From an uncultured Opitutales bacterium (lineage in GTDB: Bacteria; Verrucomicrobiota; Verrucomicrobiia; Opitutales; CAZEFS01): a stretch of 34,932 nt of DNA. The notes under the pieces were generated by a model. It saw only the letters and a list, made by a program, of their open reading frames with translations. It made no database searches and was not told the DNA's origin. The stretch's first letter is position 1; the number at the start of each line of letters is the position of its first letter. The stretch is from positions 1 to 34,932 of the forward strand of contig CAZEFS010000001.1 in NCBI GenBank assembly GCA_964511545.1, written 5' to 3'. Positions 1 to 7,478 of the stretch are shown here, in pieces. The translations under genes were made by a program, and so were the position numbers.

Positions 1-15
1 TTTTTGTCAGGTAGT
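1..15 (+). mobile_element. Last 15 nt of an IS4-like right terminal inverted repeat (window appears to open at the edge of another IS copy)
   Basis: nt 1-15 TTTTTGTCAGGTAGT are identical to 19678-19692, the inner part of the right IR of the IS at 18235-19696. The next 4 nt differ (ATGA vs TTAA). Confidence 0.4.
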
Positions 16-32
16 ATGATTTTTCTTGAATT

Positions 33-50
33 TTAGGCTTGACTTTTTGT
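33..50 (+). promoter_or_regulatory. Promoter-like 18-mer containing TTGACT, shared with the tRNA-Ser upstream region
   Basis: TTAGGCTTGACTTTTTGT (33-50) matches 14415-14432 at 17/18 positions. It contains a TTGACT -35-like hexamer. No convincing -10 could be placed. Confidence 0.25.
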
Positions 51-325
51 TTCAACTTTTATATACCGAAACCTATAATTTATTTTTGTTCTTTTACATT
101 CAAATCAGCCTTCTCAGTTTTTGCAAGCTCATTTTTAAAAAAGAGGTTCTCACCGCTTTTTTAAAATGAAGAAGCAGGCCCCCCTGATAATTTTAGCTAA
201 AGTCTACAAACCCCGACCTATAATGATCTTTGATCATCAAAGTAGATTAAAAGGGATTAAAGGGCGGCTGCTTTAGATCCTCTCCTTTTTAAAAAGAAGA
301 AATTCTCTACTTACCCCCCCCCTCC

Positions 326-470
326 CCCCTACGCGGGGTTAGAGCTGAAATTACGCTGCAACCGTAGGGGCGTAGGCGAATGAAATTACGCCGTAGCCTT
401 GGGGAAAGAGAAAGGCTCCCCTACGCGAAGTTAGAGGCTGGGAGTAAACCTCTTGGTGGGCCTACGTATT
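326..470 (+). repeat. GC-rich repeat block, module P (CCCCTACGC-type units, hairpin forming)
   Basis: CCCCTACGC occurs at 326-334 and 418-426 (and again at 18662-18670). The inverted copy CGTAGGGG at 363-370 gives an 8-bp stem with 326-333. TGAAATTACGC is duplicated at about 346-356 and 380-390. Local GC is far above the surroundings. Confidence 0.6.
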
Positions 471-472
471 AT

Positions 473-572
473 TTTGCTTGGCCTGCCGGGCGTCTACACC
501 GAGCCTTCAGGCGTCGCTCTACGAGCGACGTGTCAGGCATAGTTCGCAGAACGACACCTGAACCCAGGCAGC
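473..572 (+). repeat. GC-rich structured repeat, module Q (compact copy)
   Basis: Three blocks are shared with 18593-18748: TGCCGGGCGTCTACAC (14/16), AGCCTTCAGGCGTCGCTCT (19/19) and AGCGACGTGTCAGGC (14/15). Perfect 8-bp hairpin CGTCGCTC-TAC-GAGCGACG at 512-530. TTCAGG (506-511) pairs with CCTGAA (557-562). Imperfect terminal inverted repeat GCCTGCCGGG / CCCAGGCAGC. Confidence 0.65.
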
Positions 573-664
573 TAAAGACAATGGTTTCGCAAGAGGTCTA
601 AAGTAGGGGGAGGAATATCAGACATATAAAAAATCAATGCATATTCAACACGCTTCTGAGAACT

Positions 665-2011
665 TTATTTATTATCATACAAAGGGAACATCTCACCTCT
701 TTGAAAAATATAGACTTGGCCCGTACTAGAAGAAACTGTAATTGCCATACAACTAGCCGCCAGAGAAATGGCTAGGGCTGCAGCATGCCGAGTGCCTAGC
801 CCTCCAGGCAGTTCTTTATAATAATTGGGCGCATGGATGAGACTACCTGCAGATTCTAAGACCCCATCCCCTCTGACCACAAAGGCACCATCTAGGCTAG
901 AAAACTCCTTTATCGTCTCATCCATAAAGGGGTTTAGGATATTGCGATCTTCTTCTTTATAGCCGTAAAAAGGATTCAAGATCAGGGGCTTGGTAAAAGG
1001 AGCGAGTTCTTTGGTATCTCCTATCACAAAGCAAGTGCCTACTGCCCTTCCTTCACGGCCTTCAAGGCCTAGCTCCATGGCGATAGCCAGCACACGCTCT
1101 AGCACTTCAGGCTTAATATGATCTGGCAAAATATTTTTCTTCTTACTAAATAAAGCCGAAAATTCTTTCTCCACTTCTACTACCACCAAGGTATCAAACT
1201 GATTGCTGCCCGCAACTCCCCCTACGCAACAGATTTTATCCTTAACCTCCACTACCCCACGGCTTAGGGCGATTAACACAGCACTCCGTAGCTGCGAGAG
1301 CCGATTACTAGAATAAGAACGTACAATAATCGTTTCATCCACTATGCTTTCTGTAAAGCTATGGTTACTCGCATCTTGAGTGACTAGTATCGTCTTAAAA
1401 CGGGTAAATTGGCTGGGAAGATTAAAGTTTCCACTGAGCGTATCCGCAAAAATCATGATGGTAGAGCAGCAAGTACCCCTTGCCATATGATCTGCCTCTT
1501 TCAGGATAAACTGATTAAACTTATTGCTTTTTACCTTTGGGCTATGGGTACTCCCTCTGAAGATTTGTAGAGCCTCTTTCTTCAGTAAAGGGAGCTTTTC
1601 TACCTGAAATAAACGATTGACAATAGGTTTATCATGAAAAATACGGGCTAAAGCTGCTAAAACCTTGAGGTAGGACTTATCTGTCTCTGAGGCCAGGAGC
1701 AACAAGACAAATTTGAGCTGCCGGTAATCTTCTATATCCTCATAGTCTAGGCCTTGCTTACAACGGCCTAAGACAAAGATATAGGGCTTCTTACTCTTGA
1801 TTCTAAGGTGGGGGATGGCTATGCCACTACTGAGACAAGTAGTGATATTGGCTTCTCGCTTTAATAGCTCTTGATGGATATGGTCTGGTTTCCCGGCAGT
1901 CTCAAAAACGGATAGAGGACAGACGGTTAGCATCTCTTCTAAAGCCGCGCTAAAGGTGTGGCTTTGTAAGTCTATAATGCGGCTAGGCTGGATATAGCGG
2001 TCTAGTCTCAT
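665..2011 (-). CDS. PTS EIIA type-2 domain :: central alpha/beta domain :: diadenylate cyclase (DAC/DisA_N) fusion protein
   Basis: 448-aa ORF. The N-terminus has the EIIA-2 signature around SGIAIPHLRI. The C-terminus has the DAC motifs EGREGRAVGTCFVIGD, LDGAFVVRGDG and GGLGTRHAAALAIS. The start lies 3 nt after the nuoA stop. Confidence 0.8.
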   Translation of the reverse strand: MRLDRYIQPSRIIDLQSHTFSAALEEMLTVCPLSVFETAGKPDHIHQELLKREANITTCLSSGIAIPHLRIKSKKPYIFVLGRCKQGLDYEDIEDYRQLKFVLLLLASETDKSYLKVLAALARIFHDKPIVNRLFQVEKLPLLKKEALQIFRGSTHSPKVKSNKFNQFILKEADHMARGTCCSTIMIFADTLSGNFNLPSQFTRFKTILVTQDASNHSFTESIVDETIIVRSYSSNRLSQLRSAVLIALSRGVVEVKDKICCVGGVAGSNQFDTLVVVEVEKEFSALFSKKKNILPDHIKPEVLERVLAIAMELGLEGREGRAVGTCFVIGDTKELAPFTKPLILNPFYGYKEEDRNILNPFMDETIKEFSSLDGAFVVRGDGVLESAGSLIHAPNYYKELPGGLGTRHAAALAISLAASCMAITVSSSTGQVYIFQRGEMFPLYDNK

Positions 2012-2014
2012 ATG

Positions 2015-2389
2015 TTATTGATCCCATTCAAGCGCTTTTTTTCGAAATTCGTAACAAAGACCAAAAGCCAAAAGGCCAATAAACGCTAAGATAGGCCCTA
2101 CTATAGGAAGCTTTGCAGCTAGAAACTCTCGATGTATGGTCACCCAAGGGAGGAGGAAGACAAGCTCAATATCAAACAAGATAAATAAGATCGCGGTGAG
2201 GTAAAACTTTACCGAAAAACGAGGGTGGGCCTTCCCTTGAGCTATCAGACCGCACTCGTAGGCAGAGTCTTTGATGGTACTAGGCCTAGCCCTTTGGCCA
2301 AAAATATGACTCAAGACAAGAATAAGAACGACTAAGCCGCTCGCCACTAAAAGCTGAGCGAGAACAGGAAGATAAGCAGCATACTGCAT
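2015..2389 (-). CDS. nuoA: NADH-quinone oxidoreductase subunit A
   Basis: 124 aa, three TM segments. Hallmark motifs YECG, FYLTAILFILFDIELVFLLPW and a C-terminal ALEW. Confidence 0.9.
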   Translation of the reverse strand: MQYAAYLPVLAQLLVASGLVVLILVLSHIFGQRARPSTIKDSAYECGLIAQGKAHPRFSVKFYLTAILFILFDIELVFLLPWVTIHREFLAAKLPIVGPILAFIGLLAFGLCYEFRKKALEWDQ

Positions 2390-2603
2390 AAAAATTATGT
2401 GAATGAAAGAAGCCCTTAGTTATAAAAGGCAAGTCATTTTAGCTGGATTTTTCTCTTTTGAAAACAAAAAACTGAAACTATTTTTGCACCTTTGCATCTC
2501 ATTTTAGAAAGCCCTAGCTACGCTGGGCACAATCTTATTTTATCCAGTATTCAGCCCTAAATACAGCTTGACTTTCGCTCTAGGCTGAGCAGATTTATTG
2601 TTT

Positions 2604-3027
2604 AAGAAGAGAGCTGGAGCGTTCGCCTCTTTTAGCCTAAAAACTAAGAGGGGAGGAAAGTCCGGACACCGCAAGGCACGCCTCCTCATGAAAATGAGGG
2701 CTTCCTGGGCTATACCCAGGGGGATGGACAGTGTCACAGAAAATATACCGCTTTCCAGGGAAGGCTTTTAGCTTTTTCGAAGAAGTAAGGGTGAAATGGT
2801 AGGGTAAGAGCCTACCGCTAGCCTTGGCAACAAGCTAGGCACGAAAAACCCAGGCGGGTGCAAGGCAAAATAAGAGATACGGGCCGCCTGCCCAAGGAGA
2901 AGCGCCTCTATGCTTCTTCGAATATCTCGGGTATGCTGCATCAGATAAATGAACGCAAAAAGCAAAGTTTAAGGGTTCACCTGAGACCTAGTTTTTACAG
3001 AATCCGGCTTATGAAGGCTCTCTTCTT
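2604..3027 (+). ncRNA. rnpB: RNase P RNA, bacterial type A
   Basis: Conserved blocks GAGGAAAGTCCGGAC (P4 5' side), ACAGAAAATATACCGC, GGGTGAAATGGTAGGGTAAGAGCCTACCGC and ACAGAATCCGGCTTATG (P4 3' side). P1 pairing joins AAGAAGAGAGC (2604-2614) to GCTCTCTTCTT (3017-3027). Confidence 0.92.
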
Positions 3028-3031
3028 TTTT

Positions 3032-3167
3032 CTTTTATAGTCGATTCAGTTGAACTAGCGTACAGAAGTTGATCCTCTAAGGTAAAACAATTCATAATTT
3101 TGAAAGCTATTGAAATCCATTCATTCCTTTTTTAGATACGCTAGCTCAACTGAATTTACTATAAAAG
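3032..3167. repeat. 136-bp palindromic element: 31-nt inverted repeats (28/31) around a 74-nt AT-rich core, MITE-like or a long terminator for rnpB
   Basis: Left arm CTTTTATAGTCGATTCAGTTGAACTAGCGTA (3032-3062). Right arm TACGCTAGCTCAACTGAATTTACTATAAAAG (3137-3167). Confidence 0.6.
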
Positions 3168-3405
3168 TGACTAGCCTGGGTTGATTTTGAATAGACCTCT
3201 TGTCAAACCCTAGACTCCTTGGGCAACCCTTGTCTTGTCCTCCCGGAGGGCCTCAAACCTGCATTCGAAGCCCTTGTTTACGCCTTGGGTGAGACCTTTT
3301 TGATATCTCTTAGCTACGGCCCAAGCTTTTAGATCGTTTCCAAAGAGATCTATTCTGGCATATTCCTAGAAGATCTTGTCTTCAAAGGACGCTTTAGCTT
3401 AGCCA

Positions 3406-5076
3406 CTATCGTGCCCTTTTTGTCCGAGGGGCGTTTAAGGATCCTTCTTGTTTCTCTTCTATAGCCTTGAGTAAGCGCTCTTGCTCTTCGGTATCTTTTA
3501 CAGTCTCCTCCACTACTGCTTTACGAAAGTCTGGATGCAGTTCAGTACGAGTGACGATAGCCGTGATAAGATCTGTTTTTGCGTCATCCGAAGCCAGATC
3601 ATACAGCCTACGAAATGCTACGAAATGATTCTGAAGCGGTTCCTCTTCCAATAGATCTTCCTCTTTTACTAGAGGCCAGTTTTGACATAGGGTTGTTATG
3701 ACGAGATTTTTTATTTTAGTATCAAGAATGCCTTCTACAAAAGCTATCGCTGCATGCATGGAGCGAAAAGCATCAATGCTCAAAATATTGGCAATAATAG
3801 AAGGATAGAATTCTTCTTGTATTCTTTGATTCATGATCAGCTGTGCAGCCCTCAGTCGATAGTGGATAGGTCTTACTGTAGGATCTTGATCGATAGCATA
3901 AGGCCACAGACGCATTCCAGTATCTACTTGAGGATCTTGAGCGATCGAAAGACAAACTGCATCGCGTTGAGTAGTGTCTTCGATTCGCTCAGCAGCTCTC
4001 AGGCGATCGGCAGGATATACTTTAAGATCTTGAGCGATAGAAAGATAAGCTGCATCGCGCTGAGTAGCGTCTTGGATCCGCTCTGCAGCCCTCAGGCGAT
4101 CGGCAGTATCTACTTTAAGATCTTGAGCGATAGAAAGGCAAATCGCATCGCGCTGAGTAGCGTCTTGGATTCGCTCCGCAGCCCTCAGGCGCTTGGCAGG
4201 ATATACTTTAAGATCTTGAGCGATAGAAAGGCAAATCGCATCCACTACATCACGCTGGTTAAAATCTTTTATCCGCTCTGCAGCCTGTAGGCGATTGTTG
4301 ATATCTACGGTAAGATCTTGAACGATGAAAAGATAAGCTGCACCGTTCTGGGTAGCCTCTTTGATCAACTCCGCAGCCCGTAGGCGATCATTGATATCTA
4401 TTTTAGGATTTTGAGCGATAGAAAGGTAAGCTGAATTGCGCTGGGGATATCCTTGGATCGCTTCTATGGATCTCAGGCGATTATCGAGATCGATCTTAGG
4501 ATCTTGAGCGATACAAAGATAAGCTGCATCGCGCTGGGGATAGGCTTGGATCATCTTCGCAGCATTCAGGCGATTATTGGGATCGACCTTAGGATCTTGA
4601 GCGATGCAAAGATAAGCTGCATCGCACTGAGTACCCTCTTGGATTAGGTTTGCAGCATTCAGGCGACAGAAGCTACTTACCTTAGGATCTTGAGCGATGG
4701 AAAGATAAGCTCTATCACGCTGAGTACCCTCTTGGATCAGCTCTGCAGCCTTTATGCGCTTGCTGGTAGGTACGTTACAATCTTGAGCGATAGAAAGATA
4801 AGCTCTATCGCGTTGGGTATCGTCTTGGATCCATTTTGCAGTCATCAGACGCTCATTGGTAAATTCTTGAGGATCTTCAGCGATGAAAAGAGCTTCCAGT
4901 TCCACCATATTCCCCGGAGCTTCAGCTAAATGGCCTTGTATGGCTGGATTGGCTTCTTGCTGGCTTATAGGCTGATTGGCTTGGTCTGAAGCTGTCTTGC
5001 GGCTTTGATCCGCCTGAGAACTGGCATTGTGTAGACTCTTTCCACCTGGATTAGATATGTTAGTTTGTGTATGCAT
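3406..5076 (-). CDS. Tandem-repeat protein with 11-12 copies of a 31-33 aa HEAT/PBS-lyase-like helical repeat, a polar disordered N-terminus and a basic C-terminal tail
   Basis: 556-aa ORF. The unit AAYLSIAQDPKVDxxxRLRAAERIQDATQRD is reiterated. The protein ends in PRTKRAR. No Shine-Dalgarno motif; AT-rich upstream region. Confidence 0.8.
   Translation of the reverse strand: MHTQTNISNPGGKSLHNASSQADQSRKTASDQANQPISQQEANPAIQGHLAEAPGNMVELEALFIAEDPQEFTNERLMTAKWIQDDTQRDRAYLSIAQDCNVPTSKRIKAAELIQEGTQRDRAYLSIAQDPKVSSFCRLNAANLIQEGTQCDAAYLCIAQDPKVDPNNRLNAAKMIQAYPQRDAAYLCIAQDPKIDLDNRLRSIEAIQGYPQRNSAYLSIAQNPKIDINDRLRAAELIKEATQNGAAYLFIVQDLTVDINNRLQAAERIKDFNQRDVVDAICLSIAQDLKVYPAKRLRAAERIQDATQRDAICLSIAQDLKVDTADRLRAAERIQDATQRDAAYLSIAQDLKVYPADRLRAAERIEDTTQRDAVCLSIAQDPQVDTGMRLWPYAIDQDPTVRPIHYRLRAAQLIMNQRIQEEFYPSIIANILSIDAFRSMHAAIAFVEGILDTKIKNLVITTLCQNWPLVKEEDLLEEEPLQNHFVAFRRLYDLASDDAKTDLITAIVTRTELHPDFRKAVVEETVKDTEEQERLLKAIEEKQEGSLNAPRTKRAR
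3840..4890 (-). repeat. Coding tandem repeat, period 93-99 bp, about 11 units
   Basis: The core GATCTTGAGCGATAGAAAG(A/G)TAAGCTGCATCGCG recurs near 3932, 4026, 4118, 4212, 4311, 4406, 4500, 4593, 4686, 4778 and 4872. Confidence 0.9.
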
Positions 5077-5230
5077 ATGATTTTATGGTTTATTTTTTAT
5101 GTTTACGAAATAAAGACTAGCTTGTAGTCACTTGCAGTCGTAATTCACTCAATTAGTAAATAAATCTTCAATTTACAAGAAAAAAATAAAAAATATATGA
5201 ACTATTTTAGTAGAGCAAAGATGCATCGAC

Positions 5231-5258
5231 TGAGCCTTCATACAAAGGCTTGCTTTTT
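5231..5258 (+). terminator. Weak terminator/attenuator-like hairpin in the leader of the CorC-family gene
   Basis: AGCCTT-CATACA-AAGGCT stem-loop followed by TGCTTTTT, about 35 nt upstream of the ATG at 5293. No upstream + strand gene for it to terminate. Confidence 0.2.
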
Positions 5259-5292
5259 GATGCAGCGGTGCTAGATAGTAGGTGTTTTATTT

Positions 5293-6597
5293 ATGCTGTC
5301 TGATATTGTTACTGCTTGTTTCTCCCCGCTTGCCTTATGGGTACTGCTCCTAGCGTGCATGGCTGTAAACGCCCTGTGTGTGGCGTCCTTTTTTGCTTTA
5401 GTAAAAATCCGCTATGCACATCTCATATCGGAGTCCTGGGTACAGCTGCAGAAAAAGAAAGCATTTGCATTTGTACTCAAATACGCAGAACCCTTAGGCG
5501 CTGCCCTGTACTTTTATAATTTACTGAGCTTTTTTTTACTCGGTATTGTAGACTACTTGCTGATTCAAGAAAGCCTAATGGTCTGTGGATCCGATCTAGG
5601 CCCCCTCCCCTGGGTCAGCCTGAGTCTTATATTTTTCCTTTTCCAGTACCTTGTAAGCTATTATCTTCCTCGTATCCTAGGAATGGCCTATGCACAAAAG
5701 CTGATTCAAGCGACCGCTTGGTTATTAAAGATTTTCTACTTCCTGAGCTTACCTTGGGTTTTTTGCATGAAAGCTTTAGGGAGTCGTTTTTTGAGTCTTT
5801 TGGATATCAAACCTGAAGAAGCCTTTCACGTTTTAGATTTAGACCTTCAAATTAGAGCATTAGGAGACAAGGGTAAATCCATCCCTCGTTTTACCTACGA
5901 AATCCTTGAAAACGCGCTAAGAATGAAGGATCTAGAGGCAGCAGATATTCTCTTGCCCCGAGGCCAGGTGCAATACTTAGACCTACGTGAACCCGTCTTA
6001 GACAATATTAAAAAAGCTAAACAAGAAGGCTATACACGCTATCCCCTCTGCGAAGGAGATCTAGACCATACCTTGGGGATCATCCACATGCAGGATCTTT
6101 TCTGCGCTAAAGTTTCCCTAGAAAAACTAGACCTAAGCCTTATAAAACGCCCCATCATACGGGTCCCCCTCAAGACCCCCATCCAAAGAGTCTTGAGAAG
6201 GCTCTTGCAGCAGCGCATGCATATGGCCTTAGTTACGGATGAGTTTAGGCGTACAGTCGGCCTCATCACCCTAGAGCATATCCTGGAAGAACTTGTGGGG
6301 GATATTCAGGATGAGTTTGACCATGAGGAAGACTTTATCCAGCTTGTCTCCAAAAACATCTACAAAATTGCAGGCCTTACCCCCATTCATGAGGTAGAAG
6401 AAATTTTAGGCCTCAAGCTCTCGCACCAGGGAGTGTCTACTTTCGGTGGCTTAATTACCTCAGAGCTAGGACATATACCCGAAAAGAATGAGAAACTTAC
6501 CTTTCAAAACCTGCATATTCAGATCGAAGAAGTGAGTAAAAAGCGCATCATTGCCACTAGGGTAAAGGTTTTAGGCTTATCCTCATCGGAGGCCTAA
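5293..6597 (+). CDS. CNNM/CorC/TlyC-family transporter (DUF21 membrane domain, CBS pair, CorC_HlyC C-terminal domain)
   Basis: 434 aa. The N-terminal half has 4 TM segments, followed by a CBS pair and the typical LEELVGDIQDEFD motif plus a C-terminal transporter-associated domain. Confidence 0.85.
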   Translation: MLSDIVTACFSPLALWVLLLACMAVNALCVASFFALVKIRYAHLISESWVQLQKKKAFAFVLKYAEPLGAALYFYNLLSFFLLGIVDYLLIQESLMVCGSDLGPLPWVSLSLIFFLFQYLVSYYLPRILGMAYAQKLIQATAWLLKIFYFLSLPWVFCMKALGSRFLSLLDIKPEEAFHVLDLDLQIRALGDKGKSIPRFTYEILENALRMKDLEAADILLPRGQVQYLDLREPVLDNIKKAKQEGYTRYPLCEGDLDHTLGIIHMQDLFCAKVSLEKLDLSLIKRPIIRVPLKTPIQRVLRRLLQQRMHMALVTDEFRRTVGLITLEHILEELVGDIQDEFDHEEDFIQLVSKNIYKIAGLTPIHEVEEILGLKLSHQGVSTFGGLITSELGHIPEKNEKLTFQNLHIQIEEVSKKRIIATRVKVLGLSSSEA

Positions 6598-6662
6598 TAC
6601 TTTGATTGTCACATTTGAGTTTGCCGAAAGCTCCATTTTTCTAATAAAAGCCCCTTAAAATT

Positions 6663-7250
6663 ATGACACTAGGTATCAACGTTTTTTTATTATCCTACCT
6701 TTGGGGTAGTATTCTATGGTCTGCCTTGCTGTGCAGGCTCAAAGGTAAAGATATCTTTAGTCTAGGGAGTGGCAATGCTGGGGCTACAAATGTTAAAAGG
6801 GTCCTAGGTCCGGCTTGGGCAAAACTGGTCTTTGGGCTAGACTTTCTAAAAGGCGCCCTAGCAGCCCTAGGGCCTTTGCTGATCCTCGGAGACGAAGGAG
6901 GGCTGAATTATGCCTTAGTGGCTTTCTTAGGAGCCATTGTAGGACACAGCTTTTCTCTTTTTTACAAATTTAGAGGAGGAAAAGCTGTCGCTACTACCAT
7001 GGGCGGGCTCTGTGTACTCGCACCAGGGGTACTGCTGGGAGGTATTGTCGTTTGGTTAGGGGTATTTTACAGCCTGCGCTATGTTTCAGTCGCTTCCATG
7101 GCTTTTGGGCTCAGTCTTCCCCTATTTAGCATCCTAACTCAGAAGCCCCGCGTATTTCAACATTTTGCGTTTTTGCTCATGGGCTTGATACTCGTATTTC
7201 ACAAAAAAAACCTGCTTAATCTTTGGCAAGGCAAAGAAAAAAAAATGTAA
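6663..7250 (+). CDS. plsY: Glycerol-3-phosphate acyltransferase PlsY
   Basis: 195 aa, polytopic. Motifs GSGNAGATNVKR and FRGGKAVATT. Confidence 0.9.
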   Translation: MTLGINVFLLSYLWGSILWSALLCRLKGKDIFSLGSGNAGATNVKRVLGPAWAKLVFGLDFLKGALAALGPLLILGDEGGLNYALVAFLGAIVGHSFSLFYKFRGGKAVATTMGGLCVLAPGVLLGGIVVWLGVFYSLRYVSVASMAFGLSLPLFSILTQKPRVFQHFAFLLMGLILVFHKKNLLNLWQGKEKKM

Positions 7251-7478
7251 GTTAGGCTTTAAAGCAGTTGTGTCAGGACCCACCCTTCGCTTAACAAGTG
7301 CGGCTCGGCAAACCATAGTTTTGATAGGTTTCAGGCCGTCTTCAATCTAATTAACTTTTCAGGAAAATTCGTTTAGCTTGGCCCTTCAGTCGTCTAAAAA
7401 GATGCTAGAAGGGGCTCTCATCAGTGCATATAGGGGCAAACAACCGATCTTATCTGAGGTCTATTCTCCTCTCCTCTC

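Noticed and set aside
300-600. Possibility that the GC-rich block is a known RNA (SRP RNA, tmRNA, 6S, group II intron domain V)
   Set aside because: I could not find the SRP GGAA-GCAGC motif context, a tRNA-like tmRNA end, or a domain V consensus. Only short chance-level resemblances (GTCAGG, CAGGCAGC) are present.
380-601. 73-aa ORF on the + strand
   Set aside because: It lies entirely within the GC-rich repeat modules. It is Arg/Pro/Gly-rich, as expected from translating GC-rich non-coding DNA, and has no start context or recognisable motif.
2540-3040. Three 60-65-aa ORFs (2540-2737 -, 2768-2965 -, 2858-3040 +)
   Set aside because: All overlap the RNase P RNA gene, whose conserved blocks explain the sequence.
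3195-3375. Minus-strand open frame of about 50 codons without a start codon (…RIDLFGNDLKAWAVAKRYQKGLTQGVNKGFECRFEALREDKTRVAQGV*)
   Set aside because: It has no Met, is below ORF-track length and has no recognisable family. It may be a gene remnant, but I cannot support a call.
3754-4929. Antisense and alternative-frame ORFs (3754-4290 +, 3773-3955 -, 4453-4647 +, 4690-4929 +), plus a regular ~95-bp periodicity that could superficially suggest a CRISPR array
   Set aside because: The periodicity is an in-frame coding repeat of the 556-aa minus-strand protein. The so-called spacers are as conserved as the repeats, and the units lack the short palindromic repeat plus unique spacer structure of CRISPR. 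The antisense ORFs are by-products of the repeat.
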